Source of the DNA: the human T2T-CHM13v2.0 reference genome, Homo sapiens
Length of the DNA stretch: 64,000 bases
Assembly: GCF_009914755.1 (NCBI RefSeq)
Contig: NC_060929.1
Direction: 5' to 3' (one strand)
The translations under genes were made by a program, and so were the position numbers. The stretch's first letter is position 1; each line of letters begins with the position of its first letter. The notes under the pieces are model-generated. The model searched no databases, had not been told where the DNA came from, and worked only from the letters and a program-made list of their open reading frames with translations. Shown piece after piece: positions 14,690 through 32,623 of this stretch.

Positions 14690-16260
14690 TAGAGATAGCT
14701 TTATCTCTTCCTTTCCATTCTGGGTGCCTTTTATTTTATTTTCTTGCCTAATTGCCCCGGCAGGAAACTCAAGTACAATGTTGAATAGAAAAGGGGGGAA
14801 TAGGTATCATCTTGTTCCTGGTCTTGGGGGAAGCACTTGGTCTTTCACCATTGAGTATGATTTAGTTGTGGGCTTTTTATAGATGCCCTCTACTAGGTTA
14901 AGGATATTCCCTTCTATTCCTATTTTGTTGAGTTTTATTATTATTATTATGAAGAAGTGTTGAATTTTGTCAAATGCTTTTTCCGCGTCTATTGAAATGA
15001 TCATGTGGTTTTTGTCCTTTATTGTATTGACAAAGTGTATTACATTAATTGACATTTCAGATGTTAATCTTGCATTTCTGGGACATTTACCAGTTGGTCA
15101 TGGTGTCTAATTCTTCTGATAAATTGCTGTGTTCTGCTTACTAGTATTTTGTTGAGATTTTTCTGTCTACATTCATAAATGAAATTGATCTGTGCTTTTT
15201 GTGTGATGTTTTGGTCTGATTTTTGTATCATAGTAATACTGGCTTCACAGGATAAGGTGGGAAGTGTTTCCTCCTCTTCTATTTTTTGGAAGTTTGTGAG
15301 GAATTCTTCAAAAATTTGGTAGAATGTACTAGTGAATTCTGGTCCTGGTCTTTTCTCTGTGGGTAGTTTTTTGATTACTAATTCCGTCTTTTTACTTGTT
15401 TCAAGTCATTCAGATGTTCTATTTCTTCCTGAAACAGTTTTACTACTTTATGGCTTTCCAGGAATTTGTCCATTTCATGTAAATTATCTAACTTGTTGGC
15501 ATACAGTTGTTTATAGTAATCCTTTATAATCCATTTTATTTATATAAGGTCTGTAATAATCCCCCCTTTTTCATTCCTGATTTTAACAATTTGAATCTTC
15601 TCTCTTTTTTTCTTGATCCATCTAGATTAAGGTTTGTCAATTTTGTTAATCTTGTTGAATAACCAACTTTTAATTTCCTTGATTTTCTTGATATTTTTCT
15701 ATCATCTATTTCATTAATTTTGGCTCTAAACTTTATTATTTCATTTCTTCTGCTTGTTCTAGGTTTAGTTTACTCTGCTTTTTTTCCAGTCTTAAGATTA
15801 TTGATTAGAGATCTTTCTTCTTTTTTGTAATGTAGGTGTAAATTTCCCTCTAAGCACTGATTTGGCTGTATCCCAAGTGTTTTGATATATTTTGTCTTCA
15901 TTTTTATTCATTGAAAAGATTTTCCTAATTTGCCTTGGAATTTTTTTTAATTCAATGATTCTTTAGGAGTGTGTTGTTTAATTTCCACATATTTGTGAAT
16001 TTCCCAAATTTATTTCTGTCATTGATTTCTAATTTCACTCCATTGTTATTAGAGAACATACTATATATGATTTCAATCCTTTCAAATTTATTCAAATTTG
16101 TTTTATGACCTAGTATATGGTCTATCCTAGAGAAAGTTTCATGTACATTAGATGAGAATGTATACTATACTTTTGTTGATTGGAGTGGTCTGTAGATGTT
16201 TTTGAGGTCTAGCAGGTTTATAGTGGTGTTCAGAACTTCTGTTTCCTTGTTAATCTTCTG
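14690..16260 (-). mobile_element. Degenerate L1M ORF2 fragment (includes start of the RT domain)
   Basis: ORF 14807-15055(-) gives SINVIHFVNTIKDKNHMIISIDAEKAFDKIQH, the L1 RT motif; many stops elsewhere. Confidence 0.93.
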
Positions 16261-16310
16261 TGCCTCATAATTTTGTCTCTTCAATGCATTAGAAAATAAA
16301 TGCTCCTTTC

Positions 16311-16453
16311 TTGTTTATTTATTTATTTTTATAGAGATTAGGGGGTATCACTATGTTGCCCAGGCTGGTCTCAAATTCCTGGGCTCAAAGTGATCCACCT
16401 GTCTGGGCCTCCCCAAATGCTGGGATTACAAGCGTGAGCCACTGTGCCCAGCC
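16311..16453 (-). mobile_element. FLAM-like Alu monomer
   Basis: Reverse left arm with TTTA tail. Confidence 0.85.
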
Positions 16454-16737
16454 AATACATCTTTACAGATTAATTTGCTTGTTCCTTAGAGGTTTAGTTT
16501 TGGAGTCCTAACTATCGAGTTTGACTATCTAGACAAATGTAATTCTTCTTATAAGAACAAACTCTGTACTCCTCTGAGCTCTGGATGAATCTAACATATG
16601 AAATATTGGTTAAGGCTTGGAATGTAAAATCTTGGTGAAGAAGGGCTTTCTTACCTGATCCTCTTAGGGACATGTGATTCTTGAAGTGTGGTTCTAGATA
16701 AACCAGCCCTGAATCTGCTATTCAACCAAGCTGATGT

Positions 16738-17101
16738 TTTCTTCCTTCTCTCCTTTTCTCCTTGTTTCCTCCTTCTTTCTTCTCTCTTCTTCCCTCCTTC
16801 CCATACTTTTACTATCCTTTTTCCATCCAATCATTTATTTATACTTTTCTTCCTTTGTATCCATTCATTTGTCCTTTCCTTCTTCCTTCCTTCTTTCCTT
16901 TCTTCCCTTCTTCCTTGCTTCTTTTCTTCCTTCCTTTTTTTAATTCAGTTATTCATCCTATTCTCCATCCTTTCATCCATCTGTCCTTCTTTACTTCCGT
17001 CTATCTGTTCACCTTCCCTTACCTCCTCTCTTCTCTCACTGCCTTCTTTCATTTCTTTCCACTCTCCCTCCCTTCCTCCCATCTATCCACTCATCCATCC
17101 A
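16738..17101 (+). repeat. Pyrimidine-rich (TTCC/TCCA)n low-complexity tract
   Basis: Direct reading. Confidence 0.88.
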
Positions 17102-17699
17102 TTTTTAGCAATAAAGCACCAGACAGGACTCAAACTACCTGAAATAGCTGAGCTCGAAGTAGGTGTGGTGGTGGTGCTGGGGTGAAGGCCCCTGATTTCT
17201 AATTCTCATTTTCCTTCCAAGAATCTACAAAGTGCCTAATGGTGCTGCTTCACTCACAGACTTTTATAAAATACCTGTTGTGAGCCAGGCATAGTTCCTC
17301 GCACTGGGAATGAGTAAGGTCTAGTTGCTACTCCCAGGGACAGAGAATAACAGTACAGCCTGGAAAAACTGCAGTATGGCGGCCTCAAAGGCTGAGGAAT
17401 AGGAACCTTCAGGGGGGCATTTGGAGAGGTTTTCTTGGAGAAATAGGTTTTTGGTCGAGCCTTGAATTATGAGCATTTATGTGAGAATCAAATGTAATAG
17501 CACATGAGATTATAAAATGTAAAAATGTCACAGAGAGGGAGTGACATTTATTGTTGAGACTTATGGTAAAAACCGCTTAAAGTAATAACAACTGGCCTGC
17601 ATAGAAAAGGTATTTGTTAGAAGCATTAACAAATTCCTATGCAGTTTTTAAGACTGTAAGACAAATGTGCTGCTGGTGGAATCAGACACTCACAGAGTA

Positions 17700-17890
17700 G
17701 TGAGGCAGGGTAGAGGAGTACTTCAGAGCATGGGCTTTGGTATCAGACCCACCTGGCTCCAAGCCCTTCTGTCACTTGCTGTCCATGTGCTCATCTGTGG
17801 AATGGGGATGACAGTATAAGAGGATTAAATGGGATGGTACAGGTGGGGGTTGGTGGCACACAGTGAATGCTCTGTCAACGCCAGCTGCTA
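17700..17890 (+). mobile_element. MIR
   Basis: AGAGCATGGGCTTTGGTATCAGAC...CTCATCTGTGGAATGGGGATGACAGTA. Confidence 0.75.
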
Positions 17891-18027
17891 CTGTTCATGA
17901 GAAAGGGGCTCAAAGGTCATCTGACTCCAGGTGGTATGGATTCATGTTTTCCTCCTGAAAAGGTGCTTTTTATCTGCTACCAAATAACCAAATATGTAAT
18001 CTTGGGGAAATTACTTGTTTTTTCTTA

Positions 18028-18444
<417 letters not shown>

Positions 18445-19999
18445 TCACCTCAGTATTGTTTATCATGGAGATGTAGGGAAATGGAAAAAGCATAGATAGA
18501 CATCCCAAAATAGGGGACTATTAAATAAATTATGAAACTTCCTTCAGTGGAATCACAAGCAATGAAGAATTAGGTCCATGAAAGCCAAGGTTTTCTCCTT
18601 TTGTTGAATGGGGAACCCCTCAGCACCCAAAACAATGCTCGTCATATGGTAGGTGCTCAGTATTTATCAAAGAAACGAATGAACAAAGAAAAATTAACTG
18701 CCAAGAGGCATCCACCTGGCTGTTGTTTTGGTGCATGGGGTAGAAAAGTGGACTAGAAGAGCTAGGGTTGAGAGACTAAGGAGAGAGCAAGAAAGTTAAA
18801 CTATCAAGAGCTGTCAAGTGGGATGTTTGAGGGTGTTTGTTGGATGCTGGGCTGTATGACTGTCTCCTCCATGTCCCACAAAGTCTTCAGTAAAATATAC
18901 AGTGTCTGGCAGTGTTTTTGGAATTGCATGTGTGTTTTTAGGAGGTGAAATGAAATATAGAAGACTGGCTTCAATTGGAGAATACCATGGGCATCCAGTC
19001 ACATCTGAGTATGATAATGTAGAAGAGTTTAATGACGTGGAAAGATGCTCACAATATATTGTTAAGGAAAATAATTGGGTACAGAAGGGGATGGGTAATT
19101 GCATCCCATTTTGGTTAAAATAGAAAAACATCTGCTCATGTCTGGATGGTGAGTTGAAGAAATATTTTTTCCTTTTTGTGAATTCATGCTTTAAACTTTT
19201 CTTTAATCAATATGTACTGCTTGTGAACTTGAAAATAACGTGAACTGTTGGATGAGCTTGAGCTGTCCTTATTGCATTTGACTGGTTGGTAAAGAAATTG
19301 AGCTAGGGTCAAGTGTCATTGTCAAGATCAAGCCAAGACTGAGTGGCCCATCAATTTATGGCCAGTTCAGTGATGTTTCTACTGGATTAGAAGGAAACAA
19401 GTAGTGTTTTCAGTGCCTTGGACCCCCAGCATCTGAAAGATCTGAAAGACTGGGCCATTCCTTCTTCCACTACCTCCCTTTTGCTAGAGTCCAGAGAACG
19501 ATCATTGTCCAGGAGACTATCAATGGTTATAAGTATATTCCCTCTTCTCCATTTCAAAGGACACTCACTAGGTTTTCTTTTGTACTTCAGGTCAGTAACA
19601 TGACCCTTGGGATCCTCTGGGAAGAGAATCATGTTAGCAGGATGGGCTGTGAAGCCTCCTGCAGATTAAGCCAGTTATAATCTGTGACTCATATCTGTAG
19701 ATAGCAATTTTCTTACAGGTGTTTGTTGAGTGATAGGGACATACAGAGAGACAAGAGATAGAGGGGCAGCCCAGGTAACATACCAAAAAGCATAACTGTA
19801 TAACCTGGAACTGAAAGAGACCTTTGACATCACCTAACTTGTGGCTGGGTGATCTGGGAAACAGGCTTGGGTTGTACAGCCAGGGCCAGAATGAGGTGGT
19901 TTTGCTTCCTAAACATCTCTCCATTTCATCCTTTCCTGCTCCTTCTCCCTACTCTGGCCTGCAGGGACGCCACAGCACTTCCCTAGCTGATCTTCTTTC

Positions 20000-20280
20000 A
20001 ATCCAGAGCTATGTCACTAAAGGTTCTTTGAGCTTATGTTGAGGAATCTGGACTTAAATCTGGGGCAAGGAGACACCATGGAAGAATTTTTAGGCAGGAG
20101 CACAATGGGGTCATATCTGGATTTCAGGTGGCCACAGAAACCCTTTGTTTGTTGTGTACAGAATGGACCCAAGGCAGTTAGAGTAGACTCAGGGAGAGCA
20201 GTGAGGAGGCTGCTGTAATTGTCCAGGTGAGAGGAGGTGACAGCCTGGACCAGGGCTGTGGCAGTGGAGGTAAGTGGGTG
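20000..20280 (-). mobile_element. L2 fragment
   Basis: GCAGTGAGGAGGCTGCTGTAATTGTCCAGGTGAGAGGAGGTGACAGCCTGGACCAGGG. Confidence 0.8.
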
Positions 20281-20789
20281 GTCTCCCTGACTCCTCAAGC
20301 CTCTCATTGACCTCCACCTTTGGTGCTTATAGTCAGTATCCCCCAGTTTAATACCTAGTTCTGGGCTTCTATTGGTTAGGATATTTCAGATGTGATTGCA
20401 TAGAAACCCACCTCAAACCAGCTTAACTCAGCATCATTGAGCCATGTCAGGCACATGATAGGTGTTTAGTAAACAATGAACCAGTAAATGAATGAATGAC
20501 TTAATGAATGACTTTTGACTCCTGGACCATTGTTCTTTCTACTGTGCATAATACTGACTTTAAGCCTAAATTCCATAACCCTAAATTCCATAACCTCTAA
20601 AGACCATCTATTCTGGGCTTGCGCCCAACTCAGGAATGCCCCCTACAACATGCTTGACAGATACCCGTTTGGCTTGTCTTTGGAATTTTCCAAGGACAGA
20701 ATATTCACTACCTCAAAAAGCCATTCAGATGAAAGAGTAAATAGATATATATATTTTTTGAAATATATAAATAAAGCTTTTGAAATAAA

Positions 20790-21750
20790 GCTTTTGAAAG
20801 CTTTATTGAAGTATAATTTACATATACCCATTTAAATATAAAGTTCAATGAGTTTGACAAACATATACAGTCCTGTAACTACCACTGCAAAGCCATTTTA
20901 GAATATTTCCATCATAGAGCTGAGCATGATAGTTTGCACCTGTAATCTCAGCTACTCAGGAGGCTGAGGATTGCTTGGACCCAGGAGGCTGAAGATTGCT
21001 TGGACCCAGGAGTTGGAGGCTGTAGTGAGCTATGATTGTGTCACTGCACTCCAGCCTGGACAACAGAGCAAGACCCTGTCTAACATTTCCATTGTGCCAC
21101 AAAGTTTGTTTATATTCCCTTGCAGTTCGTCTGTTCTGTCCACTCCTGGTCTCTACTTTCTGTCCTTTTAATTTTGTGTTTTCTAAAACTTCATTTGAAT
21201 GGAATCATTACTATGTGGTCTTGAATCGGGAATAGTTTACTTAGTATAATGTATTTGAGATTCATCTACGCTGTTGTGTCGGTAGTTTGTTCCCTTTTAT
21301 TGCTGAGTAGTATTCCAATAAATGGGCATATCACAATTTGCTGATTCATTCACCAGTTGAAGGACATTTGTGTTGTTTCCAGTTTTGGCTATTGTTAACT
21401 GAGCTACTGTGAAAATTCACATATACATCCTTGAGTGGACATATTTTTTTCGTTTATCTTATATAAATACCTAGGGTGGGATTTCCGGGTACTATAAAAG
21501 ATATATGTTTAATTTTATTAGGAAAAAACTGCCGAACTATTTCCCAAAGTGGTTATACCATTTTGCATTCCTGGCAATATGGTATGAGAGTTCCAGTTGT
21601 TCCACAACATCATAAGCACTTGGTATTGTCAGTTTTAACATTTTAGTCACCATAGGGAATGCGTAGTGCTTTCATATTGTGATTTTCTCATATATTCCCT
21701 TAATGACTAATGATATAGAGCATTTTCCATGTGCTTATTTGCTATTCCAA
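20790..21750 (-). mobile_element. L1ME-like 3' end, with a FRAM-like monomer inserted at ~20918-21082 (+)
   Basis: GCTTTATTGAAGTATAATTTACATA...TTTGAGATTCATC...GGACATTTGTGTTGTTTCCAGTTTTGGCTATT...GTGGTTATACCATTTTGCATTCC. Confidence 0.85.
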
Positions 21751-23049
21751 CAAAATAGGTGTAACTTTAAGGCAATTCTTTCTGCTCTTAGAAATCTCCA
21801 AACTCTCTCTATTGATTCAATTCAGTTTAACAAATATTTACAGATGACTTACTCTATGTCATTTACTGCGAGGTCTGATGAGCCCAAGACGATTAAGATC
21901 CATCCCTGATCTTGATTTGTTTAGAGTCTCATGGGGGGAAACATACTTAAAAGAGAAACATTTCTCTTTAAAGCTGTTAGTGGATTCATAGAGGTAAGCC
22001 CAGGACACAGGGAAAAACTGAGGAAGAGTACTCTACCCAGTCAACGGTGCTGGCAGGCGGTAGGGTGTGAGGAATGTTCACAGGAACGTCCACCCTGGCT
22101 CTGAACTGTGGCATCACAGAGGTACGGACTTGTTATCATTCATTCGTCACATACTCAATGAGCACCTAACGTGGACCAGATGCTGTGCTGGCCTGGGGAG
22201 GATGGGTATAAACCAGACAGACATTGTCCCTGTCTCAAGGATCTTACAAAGTGAGAACAAAAGTTCATTTCCTTTCCTTGTGGAAACATATTTTAAAAAA
22301 ACTACCTAACTACTTATTATATATATAAAAAAAACCCTACCTATCAAAGAATTGCTAAGTGATTAGAAAACATAAAAACAGATTTATGCTAATTGTATGT
22401 TATATAATTTTACAGGGATGATTCATTATAATGTCTTTTATTTAAGACATAGGTATTTATTCAGTGCTCAGCTCCTTCACATGGATTATCTCACTGGGTC
22501 TACATGATCAATGAGAGAGATTAGATTGCTACCGTCTGAAACTGAGAGTCAGAGAGCTAAAAAAACTGGCCCAAAGGCACTCAAAAGTAGAACCAGTCTT
22601 TGAAGCAAAATCTTGGGACTTTAAGTTCAAATGCTACTTTGAATAATATCTGTACCATTGGCATATTTTTAGTACAATTTGAGGACTGAAGTACTAACTC
22701 TAAAATTACTAATTAAAATTAAGGTCCAAGGGATTATGGTTTGTGTTATTTTCCAAATATCTATCCAAATCCCCCATTGAGCCTATGAGGATATGGGGGT
22801 CCAGTGGGAATAGCCACATAGAGAGTCACAATCCAAGTCCAGGCCTCCTGACTCCATGCTGTTGCTTTGTGAGAGTGCTACCTCTCAGTGCTAACTTGTA
22901 TGATCACTCCTGTTTATTTAGTCCATAGGCATTTGGAGCAGATGTGCTGCTGGAGGCAAAAAAGTGAGGAATGGTGGGAAGAGAGACTAGAGAGACCTGG
23001 GTTCAAATCTCAGCTCTGCTAGTCTCAAGCTGAATGATTTGGCAAGTAG

Positions 23050-23446
<397 letters not shown>

Positions 23447-24324
23447 TCAGCTTAATTTTTCTGAGTCTCAGCTTCCTGGTCTGTGAAATGGGGCTAATAA
23501 CAGCACTGACACCTTAAAGCTGCTGGAAGGCATCAAAGAAGAAATGTGTAGGAAGCCCTCCCCTTGAGCTCTGGATTTTGAATAGGTAAAGGAATGCAAA
23601 CACTTAGCTCCCTGCTGGGCCTATAATAGCACTCGATAAATTACACAATGACCAGCTTTTCTATTTAATAATTGCACTAAAATTATTTTTTATGAAGATC
23701 AAATTAAAGGAAATTTGAATAGAGAACATTTTTACTCAAACCTAAATTCAAAGACACTGTTTTTATCTCTCCATGTTTTTTCAAAACTTTATCCCCATTT
23801 GGGAATTGCACTAAAATGATTTATTATTAAAAATCTGACACCAACATTAAGGAAAGCCCAAGAGTACATTTTTATTTTAAGTCCACCACTCAAATGTGCT
23901 AACAGTTTTAATTTTCCACATTTCATTCCAACATTTATCCAGAGATTTTTTTTATATTGTTGGAATCAGAATGATTCTCTTTGTGTCATTCTTTTTAAAA
24001 AAATTTTTTTCATTATTTAATTTTATTTCAGATTATGTAATGAATTACGTTCATATGTAAACCTTATGCTTATGATTTCTTATGGTTCCATAGAATTCTA
24101 CTCAGTAGAATCTAGCCAGTAACATGGAACTCAACTCTTGCAGGAAATATTATATTATCATGTCACCTTATATATTCCACAAAATCACTAAATGTTTACT
24201 ATTTAGCCTTTGAGCATCATGACAATCCTGTAAGTACTAAACAATTCCATTTTACAGATAAGGAAACTGAGGCTCAGGTTATTTTAATAAGTTGCCAAAA
24301 TTCATACAGCTAATGTCTAGTGTT

Positions 24325-24860
24325 CATGTTATCTACTACTACAACGAATTACCTCAAGATGTAGTGGCTTAAAGCAACAACATCCATTTATTTGTTCTTA
24401 ATTCTGCAATTTGGGCAGGGCTTGGTGGGGCTGGTTCATCTCTGTTCCACATGGTACTGACGAGAGTGGCTTCAGTGGAACTGGAAGATCCAAGATGAGT
24501 TCATTCAGGTGCCTGGTGTCTCAGCTGAGGAGGCCGAAATGGCAGGGGGCTGGTTGGGTTTCTCTCCCTTTGTGGTCTCTAATCTTCTAGGGGCTCTTTC
24601 TTTCTTTCTCTCCACGTGGTCTGTCCAGCAGATTAGCTGGGCTTCTTTCCATGATGGCTGGCTTCCTAGAGGGCAAAAACAGAAGCTCCCAGGTGTCTTA
24701 AGAACTAGCCCCAGAAATGGCACCGTGTCATTTCTGTTACATTCTCTTGGTCAAAACAAGTCACAAGGCCAGCCCAAAGTCAAGGAGAGGGAAACAGACC
24801 CTACCCTTGATGCTTGGAGGCATAGTGTGCATGAGGATGGGCTGGACTGTTGGCCATCAT
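24325..24860 (-). mobile_element. MaLR MLT1-type solo LTR
   Basis: TAGTGGCTTAAAGCAACAAC...TTCTGCAATTTGGGCAGGGCT...ATTCTCTTGGTCAAAACAAGTCACAAGGCCAGCCCA. Confidence 0.8.
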
Positions 24861-26040
24861 CTTTACAGTGATAGAGCAGGGCTTCAAACACAGGCCTGTC
24901 TTCCTCCAGGCTCCAAACTCAGCTCCCGCCCCCATACCCCCTCAATGAATGTTTTTGTCTGGCTAGCTTTTTCTCTTCCTTTCACTCATTTTTAGGGTAA
25001 ATTCCCAAGGACAGGGAGACTTGGTCAAAGGGCAGACAATGTTGAGCTCTATGCTGAGATAAATCAACTTTTGCATAACAAAGTAATCTCATGAGCTTTA
25101 AGTATGTGACTAAAAACTTTTTTTTCCCCACCTCCTTTTTCTTCACAAAGGAGACCAGGTTTATTTTTGTTCATTCTATTGTTTCACCTATTTTGACAGA
25201 GGAAATCTTGGTTCCTGCTGTGGAGAACATCCTCAGGACTTCCAGGCAACAACAAAGTCAGCAAAGAGCTGTGACATTCACCTGCTCCTGAGCTATGCAG
25301 GATGGTGTTCCCTGTGGATCGGGGCATGCGGGAAAACTCACTGGCTGACCTTGACTTTTCACAGAACTTGGGATGTCATGAAACGAACATGACTTAGACT
25401 TGCCCGAGTTTAGACCTCCTTCTGAAGTGTAACCCTGTGCGTCTTTGTTTACTGTCTCAGTTTATGCCTGTTGTCACGTGTCCTGTCCAGTTTAGTATTT
25501 GTCCAGGGCAAAAGTTTTCCAATTTGGGCAATAAATTATATGATCACCCTTCCTGCCGCAGGAGCTTGGGCAAGACATTTCTCCTCCCTGAGCCTCAGTT
25601 TCCTCATCTGTACAGTGGGCCTGGCTACCTATTTCACAGAAATATGGATCCCTTTTCACTTAATAGCATCCTTCCATGTGGCAGAAACTGTCTTGGACTC
25701 TGGAGGATCCAGGGGGTAACAAAACGTGATTCCTGCTCTGCTAGTAAACAAGCAAGATAATTTCAGAAATTTGATTTATATCAGGAAGTCAGGAAGGGCC
25801 TCTCTGAGGAGGTGGAATTTGAGATAAGGGATGAGGAATGAGAGCAGGCCACAAAGGGAGCTGAGGGAAGAACATGCCAGGTTAAGGGAACAGCAGTGCA
25901 AAGGCCATGGGGCAAGAGATAACTGGCCAGAGGGAACGGAATGGAGCTCAGGAGCAGGTCGTGTTCTATAAACTGCGAAGAGCCCCAGCAGTTATTTTCC
26001 TCCTAGAGGGTTTTAAAATACTCTCCCATCCTTTAACTGA

Positions 26041-26710
<670 letters not shown>

Positions 26711-26734
26711 TAATTTTAATTTTAAAATTCTAAT

Positions 26735-27169
26735 TAGAGACGAGGTCTTGCTATGTTGCCCAGGCTAGTCTTGAACTCCTAGGCTCAAGCTATCCTCTTT
26801 CCTCAGCCTCCTGAAGTGCTGGAATTACATGCATGAGCCACAGTGCCTGACCCAAAGATGTATTATTATTATTATTGTTATTATTATTTTTTGAGAATGA
26901 GTCTCACTCTGTCACCCAGGCTGGAGTGCAGTGGCAAGATCTCGCGCTGCAACCTCCATCTCCCAGGTTCAAGCGATTCTCCTGCCTCAGCCTCCTGAGT
27001 AGCTGGGATTACAGGCACATGCCACCACGCGCAGCTAATTTTTGTATTTTTAGTAGAGACAAGGTTTCACCATATTGGTCAGGCTGGTCTCGAACTCCTG
27101 ACCTCGTGATCCACCCGCCTCGGCCTCCCAAAGTGCTGGGATTATAGGCATGAGCCACCGTGCCTGGCC
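26735..27169 (-). mobile_element. FLAM-like monomer (26735-26853) and AluS-like (26865-27169)
   Basis: Reverse Alu sequences; TSD AAAGATGTATTATTA. Confidence 0.9.
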
Positions 27170-27349
27170 AAAGATGTATTATTAATCCTGCTTTACAGAA
27201 CAAAAAATCCTTATGAGTTATCTTTGCAAATTTTTCCAAAATGGACCCACTATATTTCTATGCTTAAATTTAATCTGACGTATCTCCATGATCTTTTATT
27301 GTTTTTGATGATAGGAATCTTTCAGAAACCAGAGACATCTTTAGGCACA

Positions 27350-28350
<1,001 letters not shown>

Positions 28351-28734
28351 GTCATGTATACCAATGTTTAACTTTTGGACTATAGGGTCTCATTGTACCC
28401 TCCCCACTCACCCTGAAGAGGCTGGAGTAAAATAATCAGGCCTAGAGTCAGGGAGCCTTGGCCTGGTCCTGACACTGCTGCTCACTAAGTGACCTCTGAT
28501 GAGTCCCTGCCCCTCTTGAGTCTTAGTTGTTGTCTGTCTGTAAAATGAAGAGGCTGACCATGGCATCTCCAGGAGTCTCCTAGTCAAACTAGCCTGGGGG
28601 ACAGGCTCATGTCACACTCATCTCTGTGTCCCTTTTGATTGGACATCTGTTGTTTCTGCCGCTCAGCACTCTCCTTTCCCTTTGGTAAGGCACCTGCTTT
28701 CCCTTTGGGGAGACACTCATTCCTCACCTTCTAT

Positions 28735-29725
<991 letters not shown>

Positions 29726-29850
29726 GGTTTGGGGGGTTTATATCAAACTGCTTGACTCCTGGATTCAGAGGTAGCCATGTAACTCAATACTGGTCAATCA
29801 GCGCAGGGATTGGATAAGAGTTTTGAATCAAATGGATGAAATCAGAATTG

Positions 29851-30156
<306 letters not shown>

Positions 30157-30901
30157 TTAATCCAGGGCTTTTGCTGGACAACTGGGAGAGTTTCTTCTGC
30201 GGGTCTTGCTAAGAGGTTTGGGTTTAGCCTGGAACATGTCACCTCGCTGTCACCAGGAAAGAACCTGACTCAGAATCAAGCCAACAGAGAGGAAAGCAGA
30301 GCTGAGAAATGAACATCCACATCTTCCTGATAACATCCCTCCCTTCAGTGTGTTAATTATGTAAGCCCATATATTATCTGTTAAAGCCGGTTTGGGTAGG
30401 GTTTTCTGCTCATTGCAAACAAAGGAGTCACAACTAGTACAGTCCCAGGAAGCTTGGCAGAGTGCCTGCCACAAAGTAGGTTGCCCATGAAGGAATGATG
30501 AATGAATTTCAAACAATGTAGCAACATGATTAATGTTATTCACTGAACTCATGTAGGTAGATCTGGCTCAATTGTGTATTAAAAGATGAAGACTCAAAGT
30601 AAGCATTCCATAGGCTTTTATTGTTTAAATGAATGAAAGAACTCATCCATTGTCATCATTTTATTAACAAACTATCCCCAGCTTTGCATATTCTTTAGTG
30701 ATCCAATCAGGACCACACAACCAAATGGGGAATGCAAGTCTAGAATCACGATGGACTAATAGTTACAAATCAAGTTTGTGTCACACTCACATGGGGAAAA
30801 CCATGCAGCAATGTAAAGGAAGAAGGTAGATCTATATGTACTGATATGGGAAGACCTCCAAGACACTCTAAGAAGGAAATTACAAAATAGTAATCACATT
30901 A

Positions 30902-31425
<524 letters not shown>

Positions 31426-32623
31426 TTAAAATAATTTCTAATTTTAAAATGAAATAATAAAACAACTCTGACAGAAGGGAGAATATTCCTTTTATGTTTC
31501 TCTCCCCCTCAGGTGTCTGTCCGAATTCTTGGGGAAGCTGAGGAAACCAGGGCTGTGACTGTAATATTCTGCTGTACCTATGATCTGTGCCCATGATGCT
31601 CTGCTGTATCCATGATGCTGTGCCCATGATGCCATGTCATGCTCTCTGTACCTTGCCATGCCTGTGACACTATGCCCTCTCCCTGGGATTCTGCAGTCTT
31701 CCTGGCTGCTCTAGAAGCCAGGGAGATTCCACCCCATGTAAAATGCTCCTGGGATGGCCTGCTGACCTGGATTCTCCTCTCAACATCTTGAGCCCAACCA
31801 CCTCTGCTGTCAAACTACACATGGCCCAGGTGACTTCTCTCACAAATGGGAGAGGGAATCAGAGCATTTCATAGTCAGAGCAGAGGCCCTGGGGAGATGC
31901 CCATCTGCAGCAGACTTGGGACAACTGATCCAATTCAAGTCCATCATTGTGCAGAGTGGGATTGTGAGCCTCAGAGTGGAGAGAAGATTCATCCAACTGT
32001 GGGTTCGGTGCCAGCCAGAGTGGGACTCCACCCTGACTCCCAGTTCAGAGCTCATTTTGGTGGGGGGTCCTGAAGTTCTACCATCATAGTTACCCCTTGC
32101 TTGGGTCTCCAAAATGTCCCTGTTCCAATGTATATCTGTTACTTAAATAACACATTTGCAACATAGCTATCAGAGGGGTTGGTTTTTATTTAGAAAGAAG
32201 CTAATAAGTTATATTTTATTTATTATAAAGACAAAATTGTAACAGCACAAATGAAAATATTATTAATAAAAGAAATTCTTTCTGCCACCCTAATCATGTT
32301 TCATTTGTTCACATTACTTAATGTCATTCTAACATACACACTTTATGTGTACATTTATGCGTACAGCTGTAACCTTTTTATATACATTTTATCATCTTTT
32401 TTCACTCAATGTTTATTTTTTCTATTTTTAAGGAGCTGAATTCAGAAGACAATGTTATACATTTATATAGCTTTCTACCTTCTGCACAGTATTTCATCAA
32501 GTAAGTAAACCATGACACCTTCATAGTTTTTGTATCATGAAATATTTTAATCATACAGAAAATCGCAAGGAACAATATACCACACATATTTAACAAATAT
32601 TGATATTTAAAAAATATTTCTAA

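Noticed and set aside
14807-15055. Reverse-transcriptase-like peptide suggesting an active or novel RT system
   Set aside because: Short fragment of a heavily mutated L1 ORF2 with stops and frameshifts on both sides
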